Shown here piece by piece: positions 24,246-37,410 of a stretch of DNA of 64,000 nt. Below the pieces are notes generated by a model. That model worked only from the letters and a program-made list of their open reading frames with translations. It had not been told where the DNA came from and did no database searches. A program made the position numbers and the translations under genes. The first letter of the stretch is position 1; every line of letters starts with the position of its first letter. This stretch comes from Sphagnum compactum (Eukaryota), in contig OZ234493.1 of the NCBI GenBank assembly GCA_965153455.1, positions 36,818,213 through 36,882,212 on the forward strand, written 5' to 3'.

Positions 24246-25235
24246 TCAAAAGTAGCCATTTTCGAAATAAAAAGCACTCACGGGCCTTGATTCATTAGTG
24301 CTTTTTTTTCTTTTCAGACGGCATCGCTACCATCTACCTAATAGGCCGTGAAGTCCTAAAAATTATACATACATGACATTTATAATTATTTAAAAAGATT
24401 AAGCAAAAGGCATTTACGGGGTACTTGAACAACTCCACAATCCTAAAAGAGAATAAAAAAGAGAAGGAAGAAGATATAAGAGGAACAAAGAGGAATTCTC
24501 AGATTTTCTCTTAAGAGAGTATCCTCGTCTCGTAACAAGCTAGTTCGTTCTCCAATTTGTAAATCAACAGATCAAAATATTCTTACAAAAGGAAGATCAC
24601 AACAAAACCATAAATTTTTTATAAACAAGAATGTGAGTAATGAATTTTTTAAAAAGACGGCTCCATGATGATATTTTTATTGAAGGTGGACGTCTCCTGA
24701 ATGCCAATTGGCACGTACAGACCTTGATTAGGATCGATCTAAAGGTTTGTAATGCCATACAGCAGGTCAGGAGGTGTCCACCCACAAGAAATAAAAAACA
24801 TCCATAGCTTTGAATAGAAGGAAGATGCCCCGGAAGTAAAAGAAATTTATAAGTACCAATGTCAGTTGTGGACAACGATAAATTTTCCAACCTGGATTAA
24901 GAGACGTTTTGTTCTCACATCAAAGGACAATGAATAAAAAAACACTCATGCTAATTCTCGGACAACACAGTAATACAAGATGTGAATGGTCAAATTCTTG
25001 CAAACCATCAAAGCCACGAATAAAGGTTTTAACAAATGCCAAAGGAGGACTTGCCAAGCGGCAGGTCGAGTGGTTAAAAAGTCAGGATGTCTCTGAAAGA
25101 CAAATTGCAACAATCTAAAGGTGGAGCAAAAAAAACTTGGACATCTTCCAAAGGTGAAAAGGCTCGCCACAACTATGGTGTTAGTTTGGCAGATATCAGA
25201 TATGCACTTTCTATCTGTAACTACCCTAGAGATTC

Positions 25236-28200
25236 TTAGAACTCACGTTCATAGATGCTGCGTACACCATCCCTAAGGGGACCGTGGTCAAGGAATCGGT
25301 CACTGCACCCTTTTGTAACATCACAAAGAATGCTCCTGTAGTCATTGCAGGCAGCATTCTGATCAAAGAGAACTCTGGCCAGCCAGTCTTTGCGAATAGA
25401 GGACTCATGGATTTTGTGCTCTTCATCTGTGTTGGCAGCAATCAAACGGTACACTACAACCTTCCTCTGTTGCCCAATATGAAAGGCTCGGCTTATTGCC
25501 TGCCGAGCAACAGCCGGATTCCAGGAAACCTCCAACAAGACTACTCGAGAAGCTCCCACAAGAGAAATTCCTTCACCACACGCTTTTACGGATGCACATA
25601 ATACCCGAGATTCAGAGTTGGAGTTGAAGCGAGTTATGGTACTCTCCCTTTCTGCTGGATGCATCTTCCCATCCAACCGAAGGATTTGCACGCCCTTGCT
25701 CCAGCCCATCCGGCGACTTGCCATATTCTCAATAAGGGCAAGTGCATACAGGTACTCACTGGAAATAAGTAGCCGCTCTCCAGCAGCATGACACAATCGC
25801 ACCAAATCAAGGACCCACCTCAGCTTCGCACCATCTCTTACCTTAACATCACCTTGTAGTCTAAGATCATCCTGACTCTTACTGCCGGTTTCTGCCACCG
25901 GTTCCAGAACAGGATGGACATAGATGGCTGCAGCTCGTTTCTGTAAATTGTCGTTATTCTTCATCTCTGACAAATCAAGCAAACGTCGTTGCATTGGTGT
26001 GATGTGGAGCATAACCGTGAAGTCAGAAATTCCTGGTAAGGTGTCCAAGATTTCACCCTTGTGCCACGATACAAAAGGAACAATGAACGTCCGCAGATGT
26101 CGCAAGGCTTCCGTCATCTGTTTTGGATCCCCACTGTCAATCCCATCCCCAAAAATGTCTTTGAATGCTTGCCTCCCATTTGAAGGCTTCATAACTGATG
26201 TGGATTGGCTTGCCGCCACCATCTCAGATGCAAATGACTTCAGTTGAATTTGTAGTTGGAGACAGGCTTGCTCCAGTTTGCAGCATAATATTTGGTCGAA
26301 TTAGCTCCAGAGTATGGTAAAACTCATCAGAATTATTGTTGAATGGTGTACCTGACAGTAGCACACGTCTCTTGGTACGTACTTGCATTAGTGATGTCAA
26401 AATCTTAGTATTCTTGGTTCTTGCCAAGTGACCTTCATCTAGGATCAGCAACCCAGGACCCTCTGTGAGCAGCTTCCCAACGTCACCAGTCATGTTTACA
26501 AATTGTGGGTATCCTACCAGCAGGACACTTCTCTCTTGCTGCTGCCATTTCTGGAGCAGGTCTAACTGGCTTTCTACGCTATTTGCCTCATACAGGTCAA
26601 AGATAGGAATCTCTTCCACTTCCCATTTCTTGAATTCTTGAGCCCAAGGTCGGAGCATGCCCTTTGGAGCAACAACCATGGGTTTAGCATGAGGAACCTG
26701 GATCAAGAAACTCTGCAAAAAGCTGATGACAAGAAAAGTCTTCCCTGTGCCAGGTGCAAATGCAAGCATGCAACCACCTGCATCCTCCTCTACCAGATTC
26801 CTCGAGAGGAACTTGAAGCCATCCAGCTGATGAGGGTGCAGTGCTTCTTCCAAGGAGGGGTGCACCTCTAATCCAGGAATTCGTAGTGGTTCTTCTAGCT
26901 CTGCATCATCACCTTCTTTGGACCAGTAGCTAGGTTGCCTTTCCCCTGGGGTCAAACGTTTCCGCTTGGAAACCTGGTTTTGAACACAAAATTGACATCT
27001 TTTAGACTTTCAAATTGACAACAAAAATTTATATTGTGTATGTCCGTTCAACTCCACACAGTGAAACTGGAATAAAATTAGTTCATGCACATGTCCACCA
27101 TCCAATATTGCACTGGATTCGCATAAAGTGTAAAGTATCAAGCATATGGTATGTTATGAAAGCATAAGCACGGTATGTATTATCAATCAAGAATTTCTAA
27201 AGATATATGCAATTTTTTCTCCCTGTGAACATCTCCATTTTTATCTTCTCTTATTTTCTTGCTCTTCTTCTCTCATATCCTCTCTTACCAATGTTAGGGT
27301 GATTGGACACTCGGAAGGTGGGGTGTAAAATGAACAGATTAACCCAGATTGTATAGATATCTCCAAGGAGTCAACATTGACCACAGGTGACAAGGTACAT
27401 TTGTCCTTGTCAATGGCGGTTCCATTGGCAAGGCCCACGGGGATCAGGAGGAGTCGAGAAGGGTTGACGTTCATCTTGATGCTGAGACAGAAGAAGAAAG
27501 GAGAGTCTTTAGGTCTCTAAGCTTCAGAGGAAAATGGAGAAAAGGGACAAAACACCACCGGGTGAAAGGAGATACCACAATGTTGATACAACAAAGAAAA
27601 ACTTCTCTTCAGGAAGTTTTCTTTAATTTTTTCTCCTCTCCTATCCTGTTCTCAATTTTCCTACGTGTTTTTTTTTTGCCCTTTTGGTTGCTGCTTAACC
27701 AAGGGACGACATGTTTCTAAGCCATTGCTTACACGTAAATTAGTACATGTACTAACACATATAATTTCCAAGCCCAGTAAAGCTGGTTTCATCTAGACAA
27801 AGCTTTACAGTAACATGAGGTGTGTTAAGGACACGTACAGGTTTGTGCCACATAAATACCATATCCTTGATATGTTCCACGACCAAACCACAGATAGTGC
27901 ACGACCTTCCAAAGTCTAAGGTTGTTATGAAACTGTGCACACAATCCTCTTTCTTCTCCTCCAATGCAGGTTTGATTGCATCCTGCATCCAACACAGACT
28001 CACCTCCTGGGTACGTCAGTGAATGGTACTCAGAAGACAAGATAGCGGTATCACAGATCTGCTTGTTCCGTGATTGAATACTTTTTGGTCACTGTTCAGA
28101 AAAAACACATCATGAAGCAGGATGAAGGATTTCTCCAAAAGAAAATGCTGCAAAAGAATGATGAGGTTTGAAAATCCATACCTGCTGTGACATTATTGCA

Positions 28201-28747
28201 AACTCCTTCCACGCCCAATCAAGTGGATCCTTCTGCTCATCCTCTACTTCAGAATCACCGCTTCCAGAATCTTCTGCAAGCTCAAAATCAGGATAAACCT
28301 CACTCTCATCTGATATCTTTGCCTTCACAGTCCTGGGCTTTGGAGCAACATCATCTACAAAATCACCTTCACTGTGAGTCTCTGACCTCTGACCTTTTCC
28401 ACCATCCTGACTGGCAGTCTTTTTTGCCAGAGGCCTTTCACAAGGATTCTCTTTTTCAGCCCACGGAACGGTACCTACGACTGCTTCAATATCCTTTAGA
28501 GTAATGCCCTCTTCGTCCGGAAAACTCGGTTTGAACGACCGGTTCAGTGAGAATGGTAGGACATCTTCATCTTCCTCCTCCTCATCATCAGTAGAGTCCA
28601 ACACAATCAAAGGAATGTTAGGATGTGGCAGAGTTGCCAAAATCGAGCGATTCTCTTCTCGGCGCTTGCGCTTGCTTCTAGCATCAACAACCGGTTCACA
28701 TGGAGCTTTCTTGCTGCCTCGACTCATCAGATCCTCTCCTCTCTGAC
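25236..28747 (-). pseudogene. SNF2-family chromatin remodeller of the CLASSY/DRD1 (RdDM) group, frameshifted
   Basis: Exons about 28747-28182, 27982-27839 (CVH..CTICGLV motif) and 26973-25236. Motifs: HPHQLDGF, GGCMLAFAPGTGKT, LILDEGH, LSGTPF, GEGISLVGASRVVLLEVSWNP, QAISRAFHIGQ. Frame change between ORFs 26224-26955 and 25236-26222. Possible 5' exons up to about 29324 are unresolved. Confidence 0.88.
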
Positions 28748-30147
28748 CTGCAACAGAAAGCAGCAACAAAGAAATTTCTGTCAAGAGAGAAAGGATACAT
28801 TCCAAGCATTGTCCAATCTTTGGAACACCGGAAAAGACAGTACATTTGTAGCATGGATTCTGAGGCAGCAAGCAGCTCACTGTCTTAGGTAACAACACAA
28901 GGTATATGTTGATCCTTGTAGCTAGGAAGTGATCCTTTCGTTCCTAGGGACATAAGGCCTCTTGAGCTAACTGTAGTAATGTCCTCTACACGAACCTTGG
29001 CCAGGAACACTGTGTGTTTCCACAAATGCACAAAAAGAGAAACAAAGCGACTCTTGGCATGCATGCGCGAGCAGAAAAGAGCAGATTTTTTCTTCTTTAC
29101 CGTCATCAAAAGCCACAAGCTTAACATATCCAGAGACAAAACACTACAGAGTCCTTCTACAACTGCTCGAGCTCCCCTTCCCCGCCGGCCAGCCGGCCCG
29201 GACTACTGAAAAGAAATTAGGGAGTGAAAATGAGGCTATTTTTCTTACTACGCGGTGTTTCTCTGCGGCTCTCTGTACGGCGACGCCCGCCACGCTCGCG
29301 GCGTTGCCGTTGCACCTTCGCCATTATCGTGCTCCTCGACCGCGCACTTCTTCGGAGTACTACGCTGGTAGCATCTCCACAGAGCAAGCTCGGCGGACGC
29401 CAAATCCGAATCCAAATCCAACCTTCTTGCATTGCCTCATTTTTTCTTTCTTTCTTGCTCACATACAAGACGAAGAAGAAGGAGATGGAGAAGAGGGAGA
29501 AGAAAACCTCGCACAGGAAGAAGAAGAGAGCCCGAAGCCGAGTCCTCAAATTTTCCCGGATCCCTTCTCCTAGCAAAGCAAAAACCCCGTAGCATCCGTC
29601 ACGCCTGATACTGTAGATCAATTAATGGTAGCATTCTTCGTAATGATGGATAAATAGAAGTAATAAAAAATCTTTTTTTTTCTTTTTGTTGGTGAATAAA
29701 TCATAAATCCATCTCCGATATTTCTATCTGGCGAGTTTATTTTAATCATATTTACGTATTTTTTTTATATGGATAAATAAACGTATATATTCAATTATAG
29801 TAGCAAGAAGTGAAAGATTTTTTTAAAAAATTATTGATTTAGTCCAAGGGATTAATCAAAGCAAGAAAATAATGTTTTTTATCTTTTGAAAAGAAAAAGA
29901 AGAAGAAGAAGGAGGGGGGTTCATCAAGGTAATTTCATGTATTGTAATTGTGATTCAAGGGAAAAGATTTTAGTGTATTGTAAAAGATCGAAGTTTATTA
30001 GCAATTATAATATAAAATAAAATTCAAGGTTATTTTTTGAGCTCATTCTCAAGGGAAGAGGCATGTGAAGGTGCCTTGACGATCGTCCGTCTTTATGATC
30101 GAAGGTGCCAGGCCGAATGTTGCAACAAGTCAGTAATTTTTTCTAAA

Positions 30148-31328
30148 TCATATGCAATTAATAGTGGCGTTATAAATCGGAGTCAATAATTTGCTATCAT
30201 CATTACATGTAATAAAAGAACAATGGTACCGACAATGATACCGACAATGAAGCCGCCCCTGAAGCCGCGGACAGACAGTCGCCTTTAGAAAGGAAGGAAG
30301 TTCCTTCCCCTGACTCCGGACGGACAGTTGGCCCAATCGGCTGCGGGCACGCGGATGTTAAATGAAGCATACCCTGAAGCCGTCCGGTCCGTCATCCATC
30401 CGTTCGTCATCCGTCCAGTCCGTCACACCATCCCTCTACTGCAGCTGACACTGCAGCTTTCTGCCCGGGTGGGGGTGGTGGGAGGTTGGAGGGGAGGTTT
30501 TTTTTTCAAGCTGTATTTGGTGTGGACAGTGGACAGTCCATGTCCACTTGGACAGTGGACAGTGGACTTTCCATGCAAGTTTTATTCGGGCGCGGGGGGG
30601 GAGGATTTATTTTCCTTTCAGCGAATGGGAAGGCCCAAGGTGCCTTGCTTTTATTCCTTTTAAGTTTGGGGGGCGGGAAGGATTTTTTTTCCATTTTTCC
30701 CTGTTTCACAATGCGTTCCTCAATATGTTCTCCATATAAGCACCTCACTTTTATCGCATATGCTAAAGCTGTCCCGTGATCCATCCAGCCGGACGGACAT
30801 TTCATCCATCCCGCTGACTCCGGACGTCGTCATCGCTCTTGCTGTTGCTATTCCTACTGCTGCGACTCTTCCCCTGACTCCGGATGGACAGTGCCTAAAT
30901 ATAGCACTGCATGCGGGTAGGTAGGTGGGTAAGGGGTGATTTTTGAGAGAAATAGTGAGAAGGTAGGTAAGGTGGGTAGTGAGAAAGCAGGAAATGAGAA
31001 AGTAGGTACAAGAGCCTGCGAGGTAGGAAAAGAAGCACATAGGTAGGTAAGAAATTCGATAGGTAGGTGGGTCGGTAGGTAGGTAGGTTGTGGTTTTGGG
31101 AAGGTAAGGGATGGTTTTTGAGACAAATAGTGAGAAGGTAGGTAAGGTGGGTAGTGAGAAAGCAGGAAATGAGAAAGTAGGTACAAGAGCCTGCGAGGTA
31201 GGAAAAGAAGCACATAGGTAGGTAGGAAATTTGATAGGTAGGTGGGTCGGTATGTAAGTAGGTTGTGGTTTTGGGAGAGAACGGGATTTTTATTCCACCT
31301 GTGCATTAGGCACGGGGCTCACAGTAGT
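30148..31328 (+). mobile_element. Possible non-autonomous Helitron-like element
   Basis: 3' hairpin CCTGTGC-ATTAG-GCACGGG (31298-31316) followed by GCTCACAGTAGT (CTAG-like end with one mismatch). The 5' TC boundary at about 30148 is a guess. Confidence 0.35.
30935..31275. repeat. 175-bp tandem duplication of purine-rich AGGT-repeat sequence
   Basis: The block GTGAGAAGGTAGGTAAGGTGGGTAGTGAGAAAGCAGG... repeats at an offset of 175. Confidence 0.85.
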
Positions 31329-31442
31329 ATTATGTTATAACAGACAAAATATTGTGAAAATGATTACAAGAATACCACCTCCATTGACATGACATATATC
31401 TTAGATTATTTTGGCTTTGGCCCTCTTGTATATAATTGTATT

Positions 31443-32300
31443 TTGAACCAATCTAAGGGTCATTAGTTGTTAAGTGATGCATTAAATTTTGTCCTATCCA
31501 TGAATCTAAAATTCAAGAATGAAATTGATTCTTAATGGAATTCTACAAATGTTGATTTTGAGATATCATTTTTAGTTTCCAACATGAAAAAGGACATTGT
31601 TGGAGTTTTTGGTTTCTTTTATTTCCTTTTAAAAAAATATGAAGACAAATTTTCATAATAAGTTTTCTTTGACGTTGGACCCTAGGTTTAAAACTTTTTG
31701 CTTTGTGTCCTCACTTATTGTTCATGAACAAAGGAAAGCCATTGTTGGAAAATATGGTAGTAAACCTTTATTTCCTATGTTTATTAAATGTCATTCTCAC
31801 TAACATCCTTTGGCCGAATTTGAAAGGGGTATTGTTGGTCAAGGGGTTGAAGAGGATAGGAATTTGGATATTTTTCAGATGACAAATAACACAAGTGAAC
31901 CAACAATGAAATTGATCATTAGAGAGCTTTTAACTTTCATGCACTATCAACTGGACATCAAAGACATCAAATGTCCACTTTAATGGTGGAAAAAACATGA
32001 AAATATGTTTCTTACAATTGGTTTCTATGTTAAACAAATTTTAGGGACAATTAAATCCCAATTTGAGATAAAGAGGATTTTTCTTTAGATGGAATCCTTA
32101 TTAGTTTTAAAAGATGTCGTTTACAATCAAAAACTTTGGACAAATTGATTTTTGTCAACAAAAATGGGCCCAATGATCTTGAAATAGATTATCGATCCCC
32201 TTTTAAGTTAATAGAGATAATTGAAACTGATGTAAATTTAGAAGAGGAATTTGAATAGTTTGAAGAAGCTTTTGAAAGGGATGAATTTATGGAGTTTAAA
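31443..32300 (+). pseudogene. Degenerate hAT transposase, C-terminal/dimerisation region
   Basis: Manual translation: LTLDPRFK...DIKCPL*WWKKHENMF..KQILG..SQFEIKRIF..CRLQSKTLDKLIFVNKNGPND. This matches the hAT LDPRF and WW..ERxFS dimerisation pattern, with many stops. Confidence 0.8.
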
Positions 32301-32847
32301 ATTTTGGATTAAAAATTTGTTACAATTTATAAGTTTTCATTTATTTTTGGTGATCTTTAAAATTTATTTTTTAATTTATGAATTTATGAAATTATTAATT
32401 AATTAATTATGAAAATTGATTTTAATTAATGGAAATTTTAATACTTGAGTTATGAGAAATTGAATGAAAATAATAATCGATTATTATTACATATGTGATA
32501 ACTGCCCTATCTAATAATCAGATGAATTTGGAAAAATTATGAATTTTGATACCTTGGTCCATTCTTACCAACCCCAAAAAAAATTATGATTTGATCAGGT
32601 TTTCATAACATTAACTAAGAACTGAAACCAACCAATTCTAACAAGAAAATGACAATTACCCAACATTGGTTTGAACCTACCACAAATAGCAAAATTGCTA
32701 CATAATGAGCTACTTGTTTATACTAGAATCGGGATATTTATGATTGTGGTTGAATATAATTTATAACCATTAAAATGTATAAAATTTGATTTTTTACATT
32801 AAAAATTTAAAAATGGTTTAATAATTGGAACTATGGGTTCAAAATGT

Positions 32848-34920
32848 CTAATAATTGACATCGGAATTGAATTGCAATTCTTGCCAACATTGTTGTAGAA
32901 TTAGAACTAAACAAATAATTTTTAATTGCCTTTGAACCCACCAATCATAAATTTGCTTCCCCCGAGGATATTGGTGCAAATGTCTGCTTTCAAAGTTCAC
33001 GCGATATCTTTCATTTAAAACATTCCAAGTATGATTGTTTAATGTATCCCAAGTATCCTCGTTTAAACTGTCCGAAGGATGCTTACCCACAAGGTCCTTG
33101 CAATATTTCCTGTACAGTGTGTCCCGATCCACGTGTGTCTCAATTAATAACATCCATGCAAGAAAATGCAATTTCAGTTCAAGCAGTGAAAATTCTGCCA
33201 TTATCTTCTGCACTTGCTGCAACGCATTCTTGGCCACTTTCCAAGCTATATTCGTGGCTTCTTGAGCTGAGGCTGCCATCCGAGCTTCCATCCATGCTTG
33301 GTAGCCTTCCGGGCTCTCTGCATGCCAAGCAGCTAAAGCGGCCTGTACACCAGCGACAGATGGTCTCCCCCTAAGGTTGTAGAAATTCCAATTGAAGTTG
33401 ACGTGTTTTATGACCGCTTCAAAAAGTTCTGAAGCTGCCAGACTTTGTGCAGCCCAACATTCCAAGGCAATATCTTGCTTTACAGCTGCATCGAAGGCTA
33501 TGATCAACTCCTGGAATCGTGAGTGCACAGTCGCCTCCATGTCTTCAAGCTTCGTTTGGAAGTCGCTTAACTCCTTCGCCAGGTTAGAAGGGCTGTCTCT
33601 TTTGGTACCTGCCTTCCAGAGTACAGCCATCTTCCCATGTTCACGCTTCTTCTCGAATGCGATTCGCTCCTCCGAGTAGGTGATGACTGTTTTAGCACCC
33701 ACGCTATCCCAGATTATAGCCAGCTCCCCGAGTGCATGCTTCTTCATGAAGAAGATTAGCTCTATCGCCGAGATCATGTTTTCCCGAATAGGAAGAGGAA
33801 TTTCTCCGTCCATGGTGACGAATTCTGGAGCACCCCGTTTGAACCGGGATCGCTTGAAGAGAAATTTGATTAAGCTTTCAATAAGTTTATCCCGTGAGTC
33901 CACCACATCAACATGAAGTGACTTCGGTATCTTCTAGAGTTTTGCCCCCGGTCCCTCAATCTCTAAAACCCCTGTAGATGACGTTTCGGCACTTTGATGG
34001 TCAATGTCAGGACGAAACTCGGTAGAGGAGGCTAACAACCCTGTAGATGATGATCCGGCACTTTGATCTTCAATGTCTGTAGACGATTCCATGGAGGGCC
34101 TTTCAACTTCTGGAATACGTTTCAGACGCCTATAGAGACGAGGATTCCGAACTGAAGGCTGGTGTAATTGAAAATTCGTCCTTCAAGTCCTTTATAATCA
34201 CGGTCCATCCCGGTCGTTTCTGTGGTTCCGTTTGCCAAGAACGATGTAACAAGTTCCTCATCCGAGAGTTCACGTGAGCAGGAAGCTCTGGTCTTTGCCC
34301 TGAAAGAACCACATCATAGTCTGATAAACGACACTCTCCAAATGGAATCCGTCCAGTTAGGAGCTCGTAACATAACATCGCGAAACTGTACACATCTCCT
34401 TCACAGGACCATACAGAGTTGGTCCCATCTTTTAGAGCTTGAAGCACTTCCGGTGTCTCCAGAATCCTGTGCCCATCACGTCGTCTGAACTCTCATAGTC
34501 CCCGATCTTGACGTAGAAATAAAATGACTCCAAAGCTTGCTCCAATCCAATCACTTCTGCACGACGTGAGTTCAAAGACAAAGGCGTAACCAGGACATTC
34601 GAAGCCTTTAAGTCTCTATGAATCAATCCGCAACCGTGCAGGTCCTCCATTCCTCGTGCAATGTCCATCATCATCTTGACGGTGTCGCTGTAGTCAAACG
34701 GCATCTCCCCAGGCTTCACATAGTGCATCTGCCCATCGTCCACATAGCCCACATAGCGCACACCATGGTCGATGAGATTTCGCAAATCGCTATTCATGCG
34801 TTCCATCAGGATCCACCCGTTGCCTAAGTTGTCCTTTCCGACGGCCATCACTCTGCAAATCGCAGAAGAGTGCTCTCTCACGAGTCTCATCACCCGGTCC
34901 ATTCGCCTTCGCAATCTCAA
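32848..34920 (-). pseudogene. Protein kinase (TKL/Raf-like, DYE in place of DFG) fused to an unrecognised C-terminal region; 5'-truncated and frameshifted
   Basis: Motifs ILMERM, DIARGMEDLH..IHRDLKASNVL, VKIGDYE, GTGFWR, then a 1-nt deletion in the APE codons (about 34457), DVYSFAMLCYELLTGRIPF and RP. A further frame change and a stop precede ORF 32848-33906. The glycine-rich loop and VAVK motif are absent. Confidence 0.85.
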
Positions 34921-36299
34921 TAAATTAACAGGGCATGGCCCCCCCGCCCCCCCTTTTTATGCCCTGGTTACTTGCCTGAACAATAGGAGAATTTTCTAGG
35001 ATATTTGTTTTCCCAATTTTGGGCAGTCTGTAAGGGAATATTTGATTTTATTTTGGAAAAACTGCTAGAGGACATAAAATTGCGTGCAAAAAAAGAAGTT
35101 GGAGCCGCTAGCAGCCTGCCAGGATCGCATCAGAATCTGTGTTCTTCCAGTGGACGTCAACGGAAGAAACCCTAAACCCAAAAACACAAACCGAGCAAGC
35201 CCCACAGCCCTTCTTCCCCCAACACACAGCAACAAAAAAAATTCAAAATCTTCTGGTTCTTCTTCTTTTATTTGCTGCGTTTCTCACTCTTCAGGTGTCC
35301 ACAAAACCCAGATGTCCGTCCGTGCGTCCGTGCTATTCTGTCCGTGACTCCTCCTCCCCTTGAATTCAAAATTCAAGAGCAAAAAAAAACCCGGGATCTT
35401 TAACCTAAACCGGCCTAACCCGAAAGTAGACCCAACAGTTCGGTACTCAAATTGTTCAACATCAAGATAGCCAAGGACCAAATTTTCCAAAGAAAAAAAG
35501 AACACGCGCATACGTCCGACAGCCCTCGACGATCTCGCAGCCAGAAAAGAAGTCATTTTTGCAAATCTCAGAGCTTTTGTCTCACCACAGTGCTCTGGAT
35601 TTTTATGGTGCGGGGGGGGAAGCAAGGAAGGAAGGAAGGGGAAGAAACTAGAGAAGAAAGCAACACCCATCAGAAGAGCAAAGACAACAAAAGCTTCTTA
35701 CAGGTGCCCAAAACCCATCGCCACAAAAGCGACGGAGCGAGGAAAACGGGCATGATAGGGAAAAGGTTGATAAGTTTGGGAGGAAGAAGGGAAAAGGTAA
35801 GAAGCGGGGCATAAGCGGGAAAAAGTTGAAAAGTATAGGAGAAGCAGGGCAAAAGGTGAGAAGGTTGGTAGAAGTGGGGAAAAGCGGGGGAGTTTGGCAT
35901 AAGCGGGGCAAAGGGCGAGAAGAGGGGCATGAACGGGCAAAAGGGGATACGTTTAGGGTTGAGGGGAGCAAAAGGCAAGAAGTTTGGCAGGAGGCGGGAA
36001 AAGGGAATAAGTTTGGGATAAGTCGGATAAGACGTGGAAAGTGGGAGAAAAGCGGGCAGAAGGGAATAAGTTTGAGAAAATGCAGGAAAATTTGGGAAAA
36101 AATTGATAAGTTTGGGAAAATTTGGGAAAAGTTAATAAGTTCGGGGGAAGGGGGGCAAAGGGTGAAACGTAGGGAGAAATTGAAGAAAGTTTGATGAATC
36201 GGGCTTAAGCGGGCGAAAATGGGAAAAAAGTGAGCGTAAATTGGCGAAGAACGAAGGAGGAGGGGTTGAGAGTGGAATAAAAGAGGGGCGAAGGAAAGG

Positions 36300-37333
36300 G
36301 GGGTAAAGCGGCGAGGTAAAGCGCGAGGTTACACAAGATTTAAAGCGCGGTAATTTGGGCGAAGCGGGGTAAAGCGGGAGGTAAAGCGCGTTAAAGCGGG
36401 GTAAGGAAAATTGAAGCGGGGTGAAGCGGGGTAAGGGGAATTGAGGCGGGGTAAAGCGGGAGTTAAAGCGCGTTAAAGCGGGGTAAGGGGAGTTGAACCG
36501 GGGTAAATGGGAATCGAAGCGTGTTAAAGCGTGTTGAAGCGGGGTAAGGGTTTATGGTCGTGGAGGCAAAGCGTGAGTCGTAGCAGGGAAATAGGAGTTG
36601 AAGCGGGGTAAAACAAGAGTTAAAACGCATTAAAGCGGGGTAATCGGAGTTGAAGCGAAGCAATCGGAGTTGGAGCGGGAGTTATAGCGCGTTAAAACAA
36701 GATAACAGGAGTTGAAGCAGGGTAAAGCGAGGTAAAGCGGGGTTAGGGGAATCAAAACGAGGAGTTGCAGCGAGAGTTAAAGCACGTTAAAATAGGATAA
36801 CGGGAGTTGAAGCAGGGTAAAGTGTGCGTTAAAGCATGGTAACGAGAGTTAAAGCAGCGTAAAGCGGGCTAAAGCGCGCAAAAGCAAGATAACGGGTTTT
36901 GAAGCGGGGTAAAGCGGCGGTTAAAACGAGTTAAAACAGGATAACGAGAGTTGAAGCGGGGTGAAGGGAGGGTTAAAACGCGTTAAAGGAAGACAACGGG
37001 TTTTAAAGCGGGGTAAAGCGGGGGTTAAAGCGCGTGGAAGCGGGATACTAGGATTTGAAGCGGGGATTAAAGCGCGTTGAAGCAAGATAATGTGTTTTAA
37101 AGCGGGGTAAAGCGACGGTGAAAGCGCGTTAAAGGAGGATAACGAGAGTTGAAGCGAGGTAAAGGGAGGGTTAAAGCGCATTAAAGAAAGATAATGGGTT
37201 TTAAAGCGGGGTAAGCGGGGGATAAAGCAGGGTAAAGCGGGGGTTAAAGCGCGTTGAAGCAGGATAATGTGTTTTGAAGCGGGGTAAAGCGGAGGTTAGA
37301 GCGCGTCAAAGCAGGAGAATGAGAGTTGCAGCG
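36300..37333. repeat. G-rich satellite built on a 10-bp-like TAAAGCGGGG / TTAAAGCGCG motif with higher-order units
   Basis: Dense recurrence of AAAGCGGGGT and AAAGCGCGTT, preceded by purine-skewed sequence from about 35750. Confidence 0.85.
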
Positions 37334-37410
37334 GGGTTTAGGGTTTAGGGTTTTAGGGTTTAGGGTTTAGGATTTAAGGTTCCCAGATTTAGGGTTTAGG
37401 TTTAGGGTTT
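37334..37410 (+). repeat. Interstitial plant telomere-type repeats (TTTAGGG)n, partly degenerate
   Basis: GGGTTTAGGGTTTAGGGTTTTAGGGTTTAGGGTTTAGGATTTAAGG...TTTAGGGTTTAGGTTTAGGGTTT. Confidence 0.88.

Noticed and set aside
36463-37181. ORFs within the G-rich satellite and other low-complexity ORFs (35648-36194, 30720-31306, 42008-42196)
   Set aside because: These are translations of simple repeats with biased composition.
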